64,000 nt of DNA from assembly GCA_043228905.1 (NCBI GenBank), contig JBHGNT010000015.1, positions 11,036,001 to 11,100,000 on the forward strand, in the 5' to 3' direction. Below, piece by piece: positions 12,413-24,000 of the stretch. Origin of the DNA: Azolla caroliniana (Eukaryota > Plantae > Polypodiophyta). Under the pieces are notes generated by a model. It did no database searches, had not been told where the DNA came from, and saw nothing but the letters and a program-made list of their open reading frames with translations. Position 1 is the stretch's first letter, and the number at the start of each line of letters is the position of its first letter. Made by a program: the position numbers and the translations under genes.

Positions 12413-15400
12413 CGGCGTGTGGCCCATGTGACAGAAAATGCACTTAGGATGACCCTATGGAATTGTAATGGCGCACTCTGGGCACACCCCGGCCGCCTAG
12501 AGGAGATACTAAAGGTATCTGATATACTTTTCTTGGTAGAAACACATCAGAGCCCAAATAGAGGACTCCCACGGGTCGAAGGATTCCGTTGGGAGTCCGC
12601 TTTTAGACAAACCTCACGTCGACACACTACTAGGGGATCTGGAGGTGTCGTGATACTATTTCGTAGAGAGCTACATAATAGGATAGAAATAATGAAGATA
12701 GACCCAGAAGCTCGTTTTATGTGGGTGAAAGTCTCCACAAGCAAAGACCATGCAGTATTTTTCGCCATTTGTTACTTTCCCCCAAAAGGATCCCGTTATA
12801 ATATTAGTGGCTTGATGAGATTAGTCGATGAAGGAATGCCACATGGGCCTTCTCCATACGAACCCCTATCGGATGACATAATCCGATATTCTTCCCAAGG
12901 AGAAGTATTTCTTGTAGGAGACTTCAATGCGAGAACCCAATCCCGACAATGCACAGTATTTCAGATGAATAGAAACCTAGAAATGGTAAATGTTGATCCT
13001 TTAGACATAGGCACCACACGTAGATCAAAGGATCAAGGTGCGGACGCCACGAGCTTTGGCCATCACCTGCTCGAACTTGGCAGTCGGCACCAGATGGTCA
13101 TATATAATGGTTTAGCTAAGTGGCCGGGCTCGGAAGAGCTCACATGTTTCCCACATGGAGGAGGGGAAAGCACAATTGACTATCTAATAGGGCGCCCGAC
13201 AGCTACCCACTTGATTAACTCCTTCCGAGTGGCCCCATGCCCTATTGGTGCAGACCATAGCTTCTTATACTTCGAGCTAAAATGTGATATCTCTAAGGTC
13301 ACCAAGTCTAGTCAACCATGCCGTCACACCACAATACATTTCACACATGAGCTCTTTGACATATACTCTCAACATGTTCAGGCCCATCTCCCCTCCATTG
13401 ATCCCTCTCTACCGTTAGAAAGCCTTAGTACAAAACTCACACACATCCTTCACTCCGCAGCAGCTAGCAGTTTCCCATATACAAAACACTCAAATCAAGG
13501 TAGATCAGGATCAATGCCACAAAATAAATGGTATGACGAGGATTGTAGGGACCTACATAGACAACTTACAGTATCGCAACTCAATGGTAGTATTACCTCC
13601 ACACAAGCTCGCAAAGAAATGCGTAAGATGACACGTCGTAAGAGACGAGCGTGGGAGGCATCCCAATACTGGGAACTCTACCATATGCTCATGAGTAGCG
13701 ATTGCGCCACGGCATGGAAGAGACTACGAGAGCCAAGACCACAAACACCCATCGAAGATCCCGAAACTTGGCACACATATACAGAGAGACTTTACCAAAT
13801 CCCAAACCAACCACCTTTTCCAATGCCTTCCACACCCCGGCCTACCACGGGGACACTTTTCACGACCTCTAGGGTCATGAAGGTCATAAAGAAATTACAA
13901 CATAGGAAGTCCATGGACCACACAGGATTGCGAGCAGAACACATTATATATGCGAGAGAGTGCCTAGCTCCCTTGCTAACTCTAATCTTCAATCGTGCCC
14001 TTGCGGAGGGTTTTCCACCACAGTGGACTATGAATACAGTGACCCCCATACATAAAGGGGGGGACCCCATGGACCCAAATACATATAGGACCATTATGAT
14101 AGGCCATACCCTTGCTAAGTTATATGGTGCAGTAATGGAAGCAGAGCTTAGCGACTACATGGAGACCCTAAACCTTCGTGCACCTGAACAAGCTGGCTTT
14201 AGACGAGCCTTCTCCACTATTGATCACATCTTCACACTTAGATGCCTAATTGACCAAACTAGGGCTCGCAAGAAGAGATTATATTGTTGTTTTGTGGACT
14301 TCCGCAAAGCCTTTGACACAGTCCCTAGAGATCGGTTGTCTGATAGACTTAAAAGCTTGAGGATACCAGATGATATGGTATGGGCCATCTACGCACTATA
14401 TGAACAAGTGTCCGGGTGTGTCCGATGCCCAGGTGGCCTATCCAATCGTTTCACTAGCACTATTGGTGTAAAACAAGGTTGCCCCCTATCACCGACGCTT
14501 TTTGGGATCTACATTGATGAGATCACAGATTTTATTGCTCGTGAGGGAGGCACCGGAGTGGTCCTTGGGGATACGCAGGTTCGTATCTTGCTCTATGCGG
14601 ATGACATAGTTTTGCTCTCTGAATCCGAACACGACCTACAGAGGCACCTCAATGCCTTAGATGATTTTTGTGTACAACGAGGATTGGTAGTGAATCTAGG
14701 GAAAACGAAAGTCCTTATCTTCCACACATCGGCCCAAGTTAGAGCTAAGTGTCACCTAACTATCTCCCATAGCCCAGTCGAGGTGGTTGGATTGTACGTA
14801 TATCTCGGAGTCACTTTTAGTGCCCGCTCAGGTAAATTTTCGATGACACAGGCAGCGAAGGATAGACTCACGAGAGGACATGCATCCCTCTCACTCCTAG
14901 AGAGACAATGCCACCAAGCACACTTTCAAGAGCCACGGACTAAAGGGTGGCTCTTTGACTCATTAGTGACCCCCTCCCTCATGTATGCATCAGCGGTTTG
15001 GGCTCCAGGATTACCATCCTTCATGTGGACGCAATTAGAGAGACCATTGGTGATGATGCTATCACGCCAACTCCGAAGCAAATCGACTGTACCACATGAC
15101 ATTATTAGGGCCGAGTTCACGTTACCCCCAATGCTAGTAGAGGCACTTTTTCAACTTGTAGTCTTTATTGATAGGATACATAGCCAACCACATGATAGAA
15201 TATCTCATCAAGCCTTTAAGGCCTCTCGATCATTGTATGAGTCCGGCTATACTAGGTCATGGTATGGCATGATGGTGACTTGGCTTCTTGCGAATGGTCT
15301 AGACATTAATAACCTACCTCCCCTTAGGTACAACCACACGAGTGATAACACCTTAATCTCTCATGAGAACCGCAATAAAGTAATACGCCAAGAAATATGG

Positions 15401-16347
15401 CAAATTTACACTCGGTGTAAATGGATCACCCCACTAGAGCCACTCCCATCTAAAATGTCGTACTATAAGAAACACTTCATGCACTTCTCTGAGTTAGGTT
15501 TTATCACACGGCCAAAATATCTAGATGTATTCTTACCACATGCACTAAGGGTTGCCATTGGACAACTTAGAATATCGTCTCACCAACTTGAGATTGAAAA
15601 TGGCCGTACTAGTGGAGTCCCTAGGGAGGAAAGGATATGTAGGTTATGTCACATAGAGATAGAGGATGAGTACCACTTTACATGCAAGTGTCCAACCTAT
15701 GCCGAGATAAGGGCAAAATACCAAGACATACTTGGTCCGTCTCCCACCCTCCCCAAACTATTAGATACTCTAGATATAAAGAAATTAGGCAAATACATTC
15801 TAGAGCTAAAACAACACAGAGAGAATAAATTACAAAATGTTGACAATAATGTTGCTAATGATCACGAACATGTAACAAATGCAGTTTTTCAGGAACCTGA
15901 GGAGACAACGAATGCCGACACACTTGCACCACCCGGCCTTTCCATTGATGAGGCAGAAAACCAGAGAAGAACCAGACGTCCTCGGGTGCCGGGTTTCAAA
16001 ACAACTCAACGTGATGTGGAAGCAATATTAAAAATAAGGGAACGTGAGCTACACCGCCTAGAAGCCATGGCTAGGGCACTCTCTACATTGGAACCCACAT
16101 CAAGACCCTTTGACCCCCCACTTCTTTTCGAGAGGCTTGGGTGGAAATAAAATTAGGCTTAGTGTATAGTCACTTTCGAGTATACTACATATTGTACACT
16201 ACTAGAACTCTTTTAGTTTAAGTTCTATTTTTTTTTACTTAATTTTATTTTTAGTTATGATGACTGGATAAATACTCTATTGTTGTAAACCAATTGTCTC
16301 ATGGGCCAAATTTGGCCTTAGAAGACGTTAATACATCTTTCTTTCTT

Positions 16348-16414
<67 letters not shown>

Positions 16415-16420
16415 CTCTCT
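11709..16420 (+). mobile_element. 5'-truncated non-LTR retrotransposon (RTEX-like LINE) with intact ORF2 and a (TTTC)n(CT)n tail
   Basis: ORF1 remnant, APE-RT-CCHC ORF2, 3' UTR 16151-16340, microsatellite tail. Confidence 0.95.
12419..16150 (+). CDS. LINE ORF2: APE endonuclease, reverse transcriptase, C-terminal Cys/His finger (1243 aa, uninterrupted)
   Basis: WNCNG, LVETH, GDFNAR, TIDY and ADH (endonuclease); QAGFR, FVDFRKAFD, GVKQGCPLSP, LYADD and YLGV (RT); RICRLC..EDEYHFTCKC. Confidence 0.97.
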   Translation: MAHVTENALRMTLWNCNGALWAHPGRLEEILKVSDILFLVETHQSPNRGLPRVEGFRWESAFRQTSRRHTTRGSGGVVILFRRELHNRIEIMKIDPEARFMWVKVSTSKDHAVFFAICYFPPKGSRYNISGLMRLVDEGMPHGPSPYEPLSDDIIRYSSQGEVFLVGDFNARTQSRQCTVFQMNRNLEMVNVDPLDIGTTRRSKDQGADATSFGHHLLELGSRHQMVIYNGLAKWPGSEELTCFPHGGGESTIDYLIGRPTATHLINSFRVAPCPIGADHSFLYFELKCDISKVTKSSQPCRHTTIHFTHELFDIYSQHVQAHLPSIDPSLPLESLSTKLTHILHSAAASSFPYTKHSNQGRSGSMPQNKWYDEDCRDLHRQLTVSQLNGSITSTQARKEMRKMTRRKRRAWEASQYWELYHMLMSSDCATAWKRLREPRPQTPIEDPETWHTYTERLYQIPNQPPFPMPSTPRPTTGTLFTTSRVMKVIKKLQHRKSMDHTGLRAEHIIYARECLAPLLTLIFNRALAEGFPPQWTMNTVTPIHKGGDPMDPNTYRTIMIGHTLAKLYGAVMEAELSDYMETLNLRAPEQAGFRRAFSTIDHIFTLRCLIDQTRARKKRLYCCFVDFRKAFDTVPRDRLSDRLKSLRIPDDMVWAIYALYEQVSGCVRCPGGLSNRFTSTIGVKQGCPLSPTLFGIYIDEITDFIAREGGTGVVLGDTQVRILLYADDIVLLSESEHDLQRHLNALDDFCVQRGLVVNLGKTKVLIFHTSAQVRAKCHLTISHSPVEVVGLYVYLGVTFSARSGKFSMTQAAKDRLTRGHASLSLLERQCHQAHFQEPRTKGWLFDSLVTPSLMYASAVWAPGLPSFMWTQLERPLVMMLSRQLRSKSTVPHDIIRAEFTLPPMLVEALFQLVVFIDRIHSQPHDRISHQAFKASRSLYESGYTRSWYGMMVTWLLANGLDINNLPPLRYNHTSDNTLISHENRNKVIRQEIWQIYTRCKWITPLEPLPSKMSYYKKHFMHFSELGFITRPKYLDVFLPHALRVAIGQLRISSHQLEIENGRTSGVPREERICRLCHIEIEDEYHFTCKCPTYAEIRAKYQDILGPSPTLPKLLDTLDIKKLGKYILELKQHRENKLQNVDNNVANDHEHVTNAVFQEPEETTNADTLAPPGLSIDEAENQRRTRRPRVPGFKTTQRDVEAILKIRERELHRLEAMARALSTLEPTSRPFDPPLLFERLGWK

Positions 16421-16684
16421 CTTACTCATGAGTCTCAATAGTTATAATGAATATATTATTAGTTATTACAAGATATTTAAAGTATTCTAGAACATTTTAG
16501 GATATTCCATGATTATATTAAATATCTAAAATATTCTAGAACATTCTAGAATACTCCATAAGGACCTATAAATAGGTCTCCATTCATTCATCACAACTCA
16601 TTCGGTTCAACACCAGTCTTTAGCCCTTAGCCTACTCTTTGTAACCTTGTTTCCTCATAATATAATCCCATTTCCATTTCTTGT

Positions 16685-16744
<60 letters not shown>

Positions 16745-18076
16745 TCATGAGTCTCGACAAGTACACCAAACTCATTGTCTAGTGAGGGAGCCGACACATC
16801 CGAATCACTATCGTGGGGGTGGTCAATTTCATATTCGGGCATCTTACCTTTGCCTTTGTCCGATCCGGCCCCTAGTTGAGACGCGCTTAGAAGGCTTGAA
16901 GGCTCCTGTGGTTCGCTTAGCTCTATAAAGCTTGGATTGTCCTTTGGTAGAAGACTTGGCCGAATATCATCATCCAAGTTGACAATCAACTCTTCCTCAG
17001 TCAAGTCGGGTGGAGCCGAATTGGGCTTATACCAAGATGTCGATTCGTCGAACACTACGTCTCAACTCACCCGAACCACTCAGGTCAAAGGGTTATAGCA
17101 CTTGTATGTCCTTTTCTCGGACGAGCATCCTATGAGGATACATTTCTCTAAATTCACGTCGGGCTTTTGTTGGTTTGCGTTCGGGATGCGTACATTCGCA
17201 ATGCTTCTGAACACTTTGAGGTGTGTCGGGATCGGTTTCCTTCCGACAAGGAGCTCGTATGGAGTTAGCTCATGCACTCCACTAGTGGTGCACTAGTTCA
17301 TGAGATAGATGGTTGTGGATGCCACTTCGGCCCAATAGAAGTTCGGCATGTGCTTCTCATGCATCATGGCGTGTGCTACCTCGAGTATGTGGCGATTCTT
17401 GCTTTCGATTACTCCATTTGGTTGGGGTGTGTGTCAGCACAAGAATTCTCTCCAGATGCCTTCACCTTCGAGGTAGGATATGAATTCATCGAAGAAGTAC
17501 TCCTTGCCTCCATCTGATCTTAGGCATCGAATGTGTCGACTGGTTTCTTTTTTGACTTGGCACTTGAGCTTTTGGAAGTGGAAGAGCACTTCACTCTTCT
17601 TCTTCATCGGGAAGATCCATGTGTAGCACGAGTAGTCGTCGATGAAGGTGACGTAGTACCGGCATCCTCCGACCGTCAACGTTTGAGCCGATCCCCATAC
17701 ATCCGAATGTATGACGTCGAGGACGCCTTTGCTTACGTAGCTCTCCTTCACGAATGGGAGTCGATGTTGTTTGCCGAGTTGACACGCACTCAGTCGACTC
17801 GTTTCGACTCGAATGTCGGAAGTCCGATGACGACTTCCTTTGATTGCATCGCTCGGAGCCATTGGAGGTTGATGTGGCTGATTCTCTTGTGCCACAACTC
17901 AATGCTTGTCTCGGTTTTGAGACCTTCGACATACATGGTCGATTTCACCTCATTCGAATTGAGAATGAACATTCGACTATCTCTCCGTCCTTTAGCTATG
18001 AGTTGGCCATCTTTCTCGATGAAGCATCCTTCATTGTTGAAATGAACTTGCATGCCTTGTGTTGAGAGACAGGCTC

Positions 18077-21034
18077 CGAACTATCACTATGAAGAGAAGG
18101 GGTACAATCAGAGACTTGGAGGCAATGATGTCAAGCTCTATTTTCTTTGCACTGTGGCGGTTACAACAGAGTATAGCTCTGTATATATATCTCTCTCTCT
18201 CCCTCTCACTCTGTACAATAGTTACAACAATATGACAACAACACAATCTACTACCACATCCTAAAGTGATTGCCCTAAGTCACATTTATAGTTATATGAA
18301 CTTAGGGCTATTTACAAATATAGCCTCAATGGGCTAATTCAAGACATATTTACAAATCTGTCTTCTCTTCCAATTCTCACCAAGTCCTCTTTTTTCATCA
18401 CCGGATCCCATCCGGAGAGACCGATTTCCCAACAATCTCCCCCTTCACTCTGGTATGGGATGTCTTGTAAGTTTGATCCGCTTTCGGCATGCGTCCAGCT
18501 TGTCTGGTGTCAGCACCTTGGTGAGCATATCCGACTCATTCTCCTCCGTGTGGATCTTCGTCAGCATGAACTCTCGCTCTTCAACTTGCTCCCAGATCCA
18601 GTGGTACCTACGCTAGATGGGCTTCATTCTTGAATGGTATGCCGCGTTCTTTGCAAGGTGGATGGCACTTTGACTATCGCAGTGGAGCCGGTATTCCTCT
18701 TGCTGGATCCCTAGTTCTCCGATGAAGTCCTTCATCCATAATATTTCCTTGCCAGCTTCCACAACTGCCATGTACTCGGCCTCCGTGGTTCACAACACAA
18801 CCGTTTTCTACAGCCTCGACTGCTACGAAACGGCTCCCCCTACATAGGTCATAACATATCCGGAAGTTGACCGGCTGGTGTCCACATCAGCCGACATATC
18901 CGAATCGGTAAAGCCTTCCATGAGGGGTTTACCGGAGCCGAATCGGAGGCACATACTCGAAGTGCCCTTCAAGTACTGGAGTATCCATTTCACCGCATTC
19001 TAGTGCTCTTTTCTGGGGTTGGTCATGAGCCGACTCACCACTCCGACTGCGTATCCAATATCTGGTCGAGTACACACCATTGCATACATCAAGCTCCCGA
19101 CCGCAGAGGCATATGGAATCTTCATCATATCCACCTTCTCTGCCTTCGTCTTCGGGATTTGCTTACCGGATAATGTGCAGTTTGTCGGGAGTGTCGATCC
19201 GACCAGTTTTGCTTCTAACATATTAAACCGCTGAAGCACCTTTGTCACATACTTTTCCTATGACTGCCACAATTGCTTCTTCGACCAGTCCCGGATGATG
19301 TGCTCCCCCAGTATCTGTCTTGCCAGACCCAAGTCTTTCATTAAGAAGGTCTGGTTAAGGGCCTTCTTCAGCATCCGTATCTTGACTTGGTCTCGTCCGA
19401 TGATCAACATGTCGTCCATGTACAGGAGCAATATCAGGAAATCGCCTCCATCAAATTTCTTCACAAACACGCAGTGATCGGCCTGTGTCTTGTGGTACCC
19501 TTGATCGGTCATGAAGGAGTCAAACTTCTGGTACCATTGTCGGGGAGCTTGCTTCAGTCCATATAGGCTCTTCTTCAGCCGGCACACCAGGTGCTCCTTT
19601 CCCTTCTTCTCAAATCCTTCCGGTTGATGCATGTAGATCTCTTCTTCGAGGTCTCCATGTAGGAATGTTGTCTTGACGTCCAATTGCTCTACCTCGGGAT
19701 CCATGCTTGCCGTTATGCCCAATACCGTCCGGATGGATGTCATCTTCACTGACGGGGCAAAGATCTCATCGAATTCCACTCCTTTCTTCTACTGGATGCC
19801 CTTCACCACGATTCAGGCCTTATACCTTGGTGGATTTCCGGTGTCTCCCGGTTTCAGCTTGTACACCCACTTGTTCCGGAGTGCCCTCTTTCCTTTCGGC
19901 AACTCCACCAATTCGTATGTGTGGTTCTCATGCAGGGAATCCATCTCATCCTGCATGGCACTCAACCACTTCCAATTGTGGGTGTCTCCCCTTGCTTCTT
20001 CAAAGCTTTCCAGCTCCCCCTCATCGGTTAGCAGCACATGCTCTGCATCCGGAAATCTTCGAGGGGCTCTTCTCTCCCGGAGAGGATATCTCCATCCTTG
20101 GTTTCTGATTGCCGGTTCCTCCGTCTGTTCTGAATCCGAATCCGATTCGGGATCTTGTCCGGTTCCGGTGTCTTCTTTTTCTTCTTCGGTCGGTTCGGTT
20201 TCTTGTCCGAATCTGCTCAGTTCGTCGAGTGTCATCCGGTTTTCAACCGGGTATATCCTTTTGTCCTCAAACTAGTTTTCAATGAATGATCCGGAGTCCG
20301 TTGCCTTCTTCTCCGACTCCCAGTCAGCAATGGTCCTGTCTTCCATGAAGACTATGTCCCGACTCCGGAACACCTTTCTGTCGACCAAATCCCACACCCG
20401 GTAACCAAACTCATCATCGCCGTATCCAAGGAAGATGCATGGTCGGGACTTTGGATCTAGCTTTGCTCTCTTGTCCTTCGCTACATGCACGTATGCGAGA
20501 CACCCGAACACCTTCAGATGCTGGTAAGACCCCTGGGGCTTCACTGTCAAAACTTGTATGATAGCACGTGAGTTCATCAAAAGGGGTTTAAATTAGCCAC
20601 TAAGGTACAGAATGTATATATATAAGGGTATTGATAAATATTTGAAATATATATTTACATAAGGGTATTATCAATTATGGTAGAAAAAAAATTACATAAG
20701 CCCATGAAATATTAGATATTTCAATGAAATAGTAAAGAATTATTATGCAAACAATGGGCAAACAATACTCTTTTGGAGTACCATACATACATACATACAT
20801 ACATATACATACATACATATACATGCATGCATGGATATATATATACCTACATTCAAACATTACATCCATGAATATATATGCATTACACCCATTTATACAT
20901 GCATATTGACTAAACATAAATATATGTACAAATATATATTACCATATGTAAATATGTACAGACACATACATAAATACATTACATACTACATATATAAATA
21001 CATGCATACACACACACACACATGTGTGTGTGTC

Positions 21035-21065
<31 letters not shown>

Positions 21066-24000
21066 ATGTATGATCAGCCATATATATTGATATACATATA
21101 TACTACACATTCTCACAAATATATTTTACGTATTACATTTTACACACATATATCATTATACACACAATTATATACAAATGCATATATGTATATATACTAA
21201 ACACAAAAAATATACATAAATAAATACATAAATTACATTTTATATATATATATATATATACACACACACATACACATACATATTAATACATAAGGTTACA
21301 TATTATGTCTTACAAATTTTCACACATACAAACAAATTGCATATATTACATGCACACACACACATAAATAAATTAGATTTTACATATCATATAATCCATA
21401 TATATTACACAATAAATCAATTTACATACACATACATACATATATTACATATATGCACATACATATTACAAACACACATCCATACATACGTATATATGCG
21501 CACACGTACATACATTACATAGGTACATACATATTCCACATATCACCATATATATAGGTCATACGGGGTCATACTATATACATACACCCACATTTGATAT
21601 ATGTATACTTACACCTACATTGGACATATGCATACATATTATGTGTATATTGCAAACATACATCTTTATATGAGCCATACACATACTAAACACAAAAATA
21701 CACCGAAATTATATATACATAAATACATTACATATTACATATATACACATATGTACATTCGTACATGTACATACATATATTCATTTATACGTTGCTTCAT
21801 GTATATACATTATGTCTACAATGTTACAGAAATAAATTTTACAAGCATACATGCATACACATATATACATACATTACATACATGTATAAACATACATACA
21901 TTTCATATGTATATTACATACATACATACATTACATATGTACATAGATATCATCACATACACACACGCACACACACATGGTCATACTCATTACAATAGTA
22001 CATATATACATACACATACATACATTAGATATATACATAGATATCATGCACATGTTACAATCACAAATCCATACACATTGACATATGTATGTATGCATAC
22101 ACATACATATATTACATATGCATATATGCACACACATATGTACATTCATACATGGACTTACATATATTCATTCATACATTGCTAGATTTGTATATCTACA
22201 TATGCCTACAATGGTACATGTATAAATTTTACAAACATACATCCATACATATCCATACATGTTCCACATATTACATATATAAGCATATGTACATTCATGC
22301 ATGTACACACATATATTCATACATACACTACAATAGAACAAATGTATGAAAAAGTATTTTTCACATGTTCAGAATTCCCAGACTCTTCAGATGAGTTTTT
22401 GTTTGAATCAACCATTGGGCTCATCAAATATATTAGAAGATGTAGAACAGATTTTGCTAGATTCCAGGATAGAAGAAAAATATATGGATAATGAACTTGT
22501 GAACAAAGAAGATTATGTTCCACATATCGCTCTGAGTCCTTGGAGTCTTCATATCAGCTATGCTTTAGTACCACAATTGGGCTCATCCAATGTCAGAAGA
22601 TGTAGAATACATTTTGAAATATCAATACTATATTGAGGCAAGGATAGATGATAACTTTATAGCACCTATTTCCCTTCTTCATGTTGTTAAACATGCAGTT
22701 GAAAGGTTGTCAGAAGAGACAATCAGTCATACCCTGCAATAAGTTTCAAAGGAGGTTCACCATGAGTATACACTGAGTATGAGGAAATCTATTGTCAATC
22801 ATAAAGTTTAGGTTTCTGCATTACCTATCCTGATTTAATTATCTTAAAAGCACTTGAATTATAGAGTAAATTTTTAAGGCAATATCAAAAATCGATTCTA
22901 AAAGAGTAATGTCCTACACACAATAGGATAAGTCAAAGCAAGATAGCTTTGAACTTACAGAAATAGAAAAGGTCCTTCAAGTAATTACATCATATTTTGT
23001 AAGATCCCACATGATCCAGATTTTATTACCAGAGTGGTGAGTGGCTTCAATGCACATGAGGCAATGTCAAGATCATTGCATAGACTACATCCATTAACTT
23101 TAGAGGTCGCATGCATAACCCAAGATACATACACACATGCCATACATCTAAGATATACAACACATACAATACAATACATAAGTAAATAAACAAGGAATAC
23201 AATTTAAATACATACATATGAACACACACACAACACATATATACACATAATCCATACATAAGATATAAATGCAACATATGCAATACAACACAATACACAC
23301 ACACACACATGTATAAAACATACATGTGACTTCTATGTAAGGGCATTTAAAATGAGTTGTTGTCAAAATATATATTGGCACTAAGGGGTATTTTTATTAA
23401 CCAAATTTTTATAGAAGGGTATCTAAAATAGTAAAAAACATACGTATAAGGGGTTTATAAAAGATGCCTTGAACACACGTGATACAACCTCTTTATATAT
23501 AGTGGAGCCCCCGGGGGTAAGACACATCCTTACCAATCCATACTTTCTGCGGTGAGTCTTCGTCCAAGGGTACTGAGGGTGATCTATTTATCACATAGGT
23601 CGCCGTCGTCAACGCCTCAGCCCAAAACGTCTTCGGTAACTTGGCATGTGCGAGCATGCTCCAGACTCTCTCCATTATGGTCCGGTTCATCCTTTCAGCC
23701 AGCCCGTTTAGTTCCAGCGTCTTTGGCACAGTAAACTCGAGCCAGATTCCCTTCGACCGGCAGTACTCCTCGAACTGCCCCCGGTATTCTCCTCCGTTAT
23801 CTGCTCAAACCGCCTTCTCTTTCCGACCGGTTTCTCTTTCCACTCTCGCGTGGAGCTCCTTGAAAAAAGATAACACTTGGTCCTTCGTCTTCAACGGTGA
23901 GACCCACAGCTTCCGGTTGTGGTCATCTATGAACATCACAAAGTACTGCGATCTAGCATGTGACTTTGTGTCGACTTGACACACATCGGTATGCACCAGC

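Larger units (their letters stand above)
11359..16759 (+). mobile_element. Small LTR-like element (TGTCATGA...CTCGACA) with a duplicated ~280-bp segment (11441-11708 and 16438-16759), interrupted by a LINE at its (CT)n tract
   Basis: Flanks GGTAC / AGTAC. Removing it restores the host reading FGVPIMHTPG. CTATAAATAGG is present in both copies. Confidence 0.7.

Noticed and set aside
20675-23381. Many His/Tyr/Ile/Thr-rich ORFs
   Set aside because: Translation artefacts of TA/CA microsatellite.
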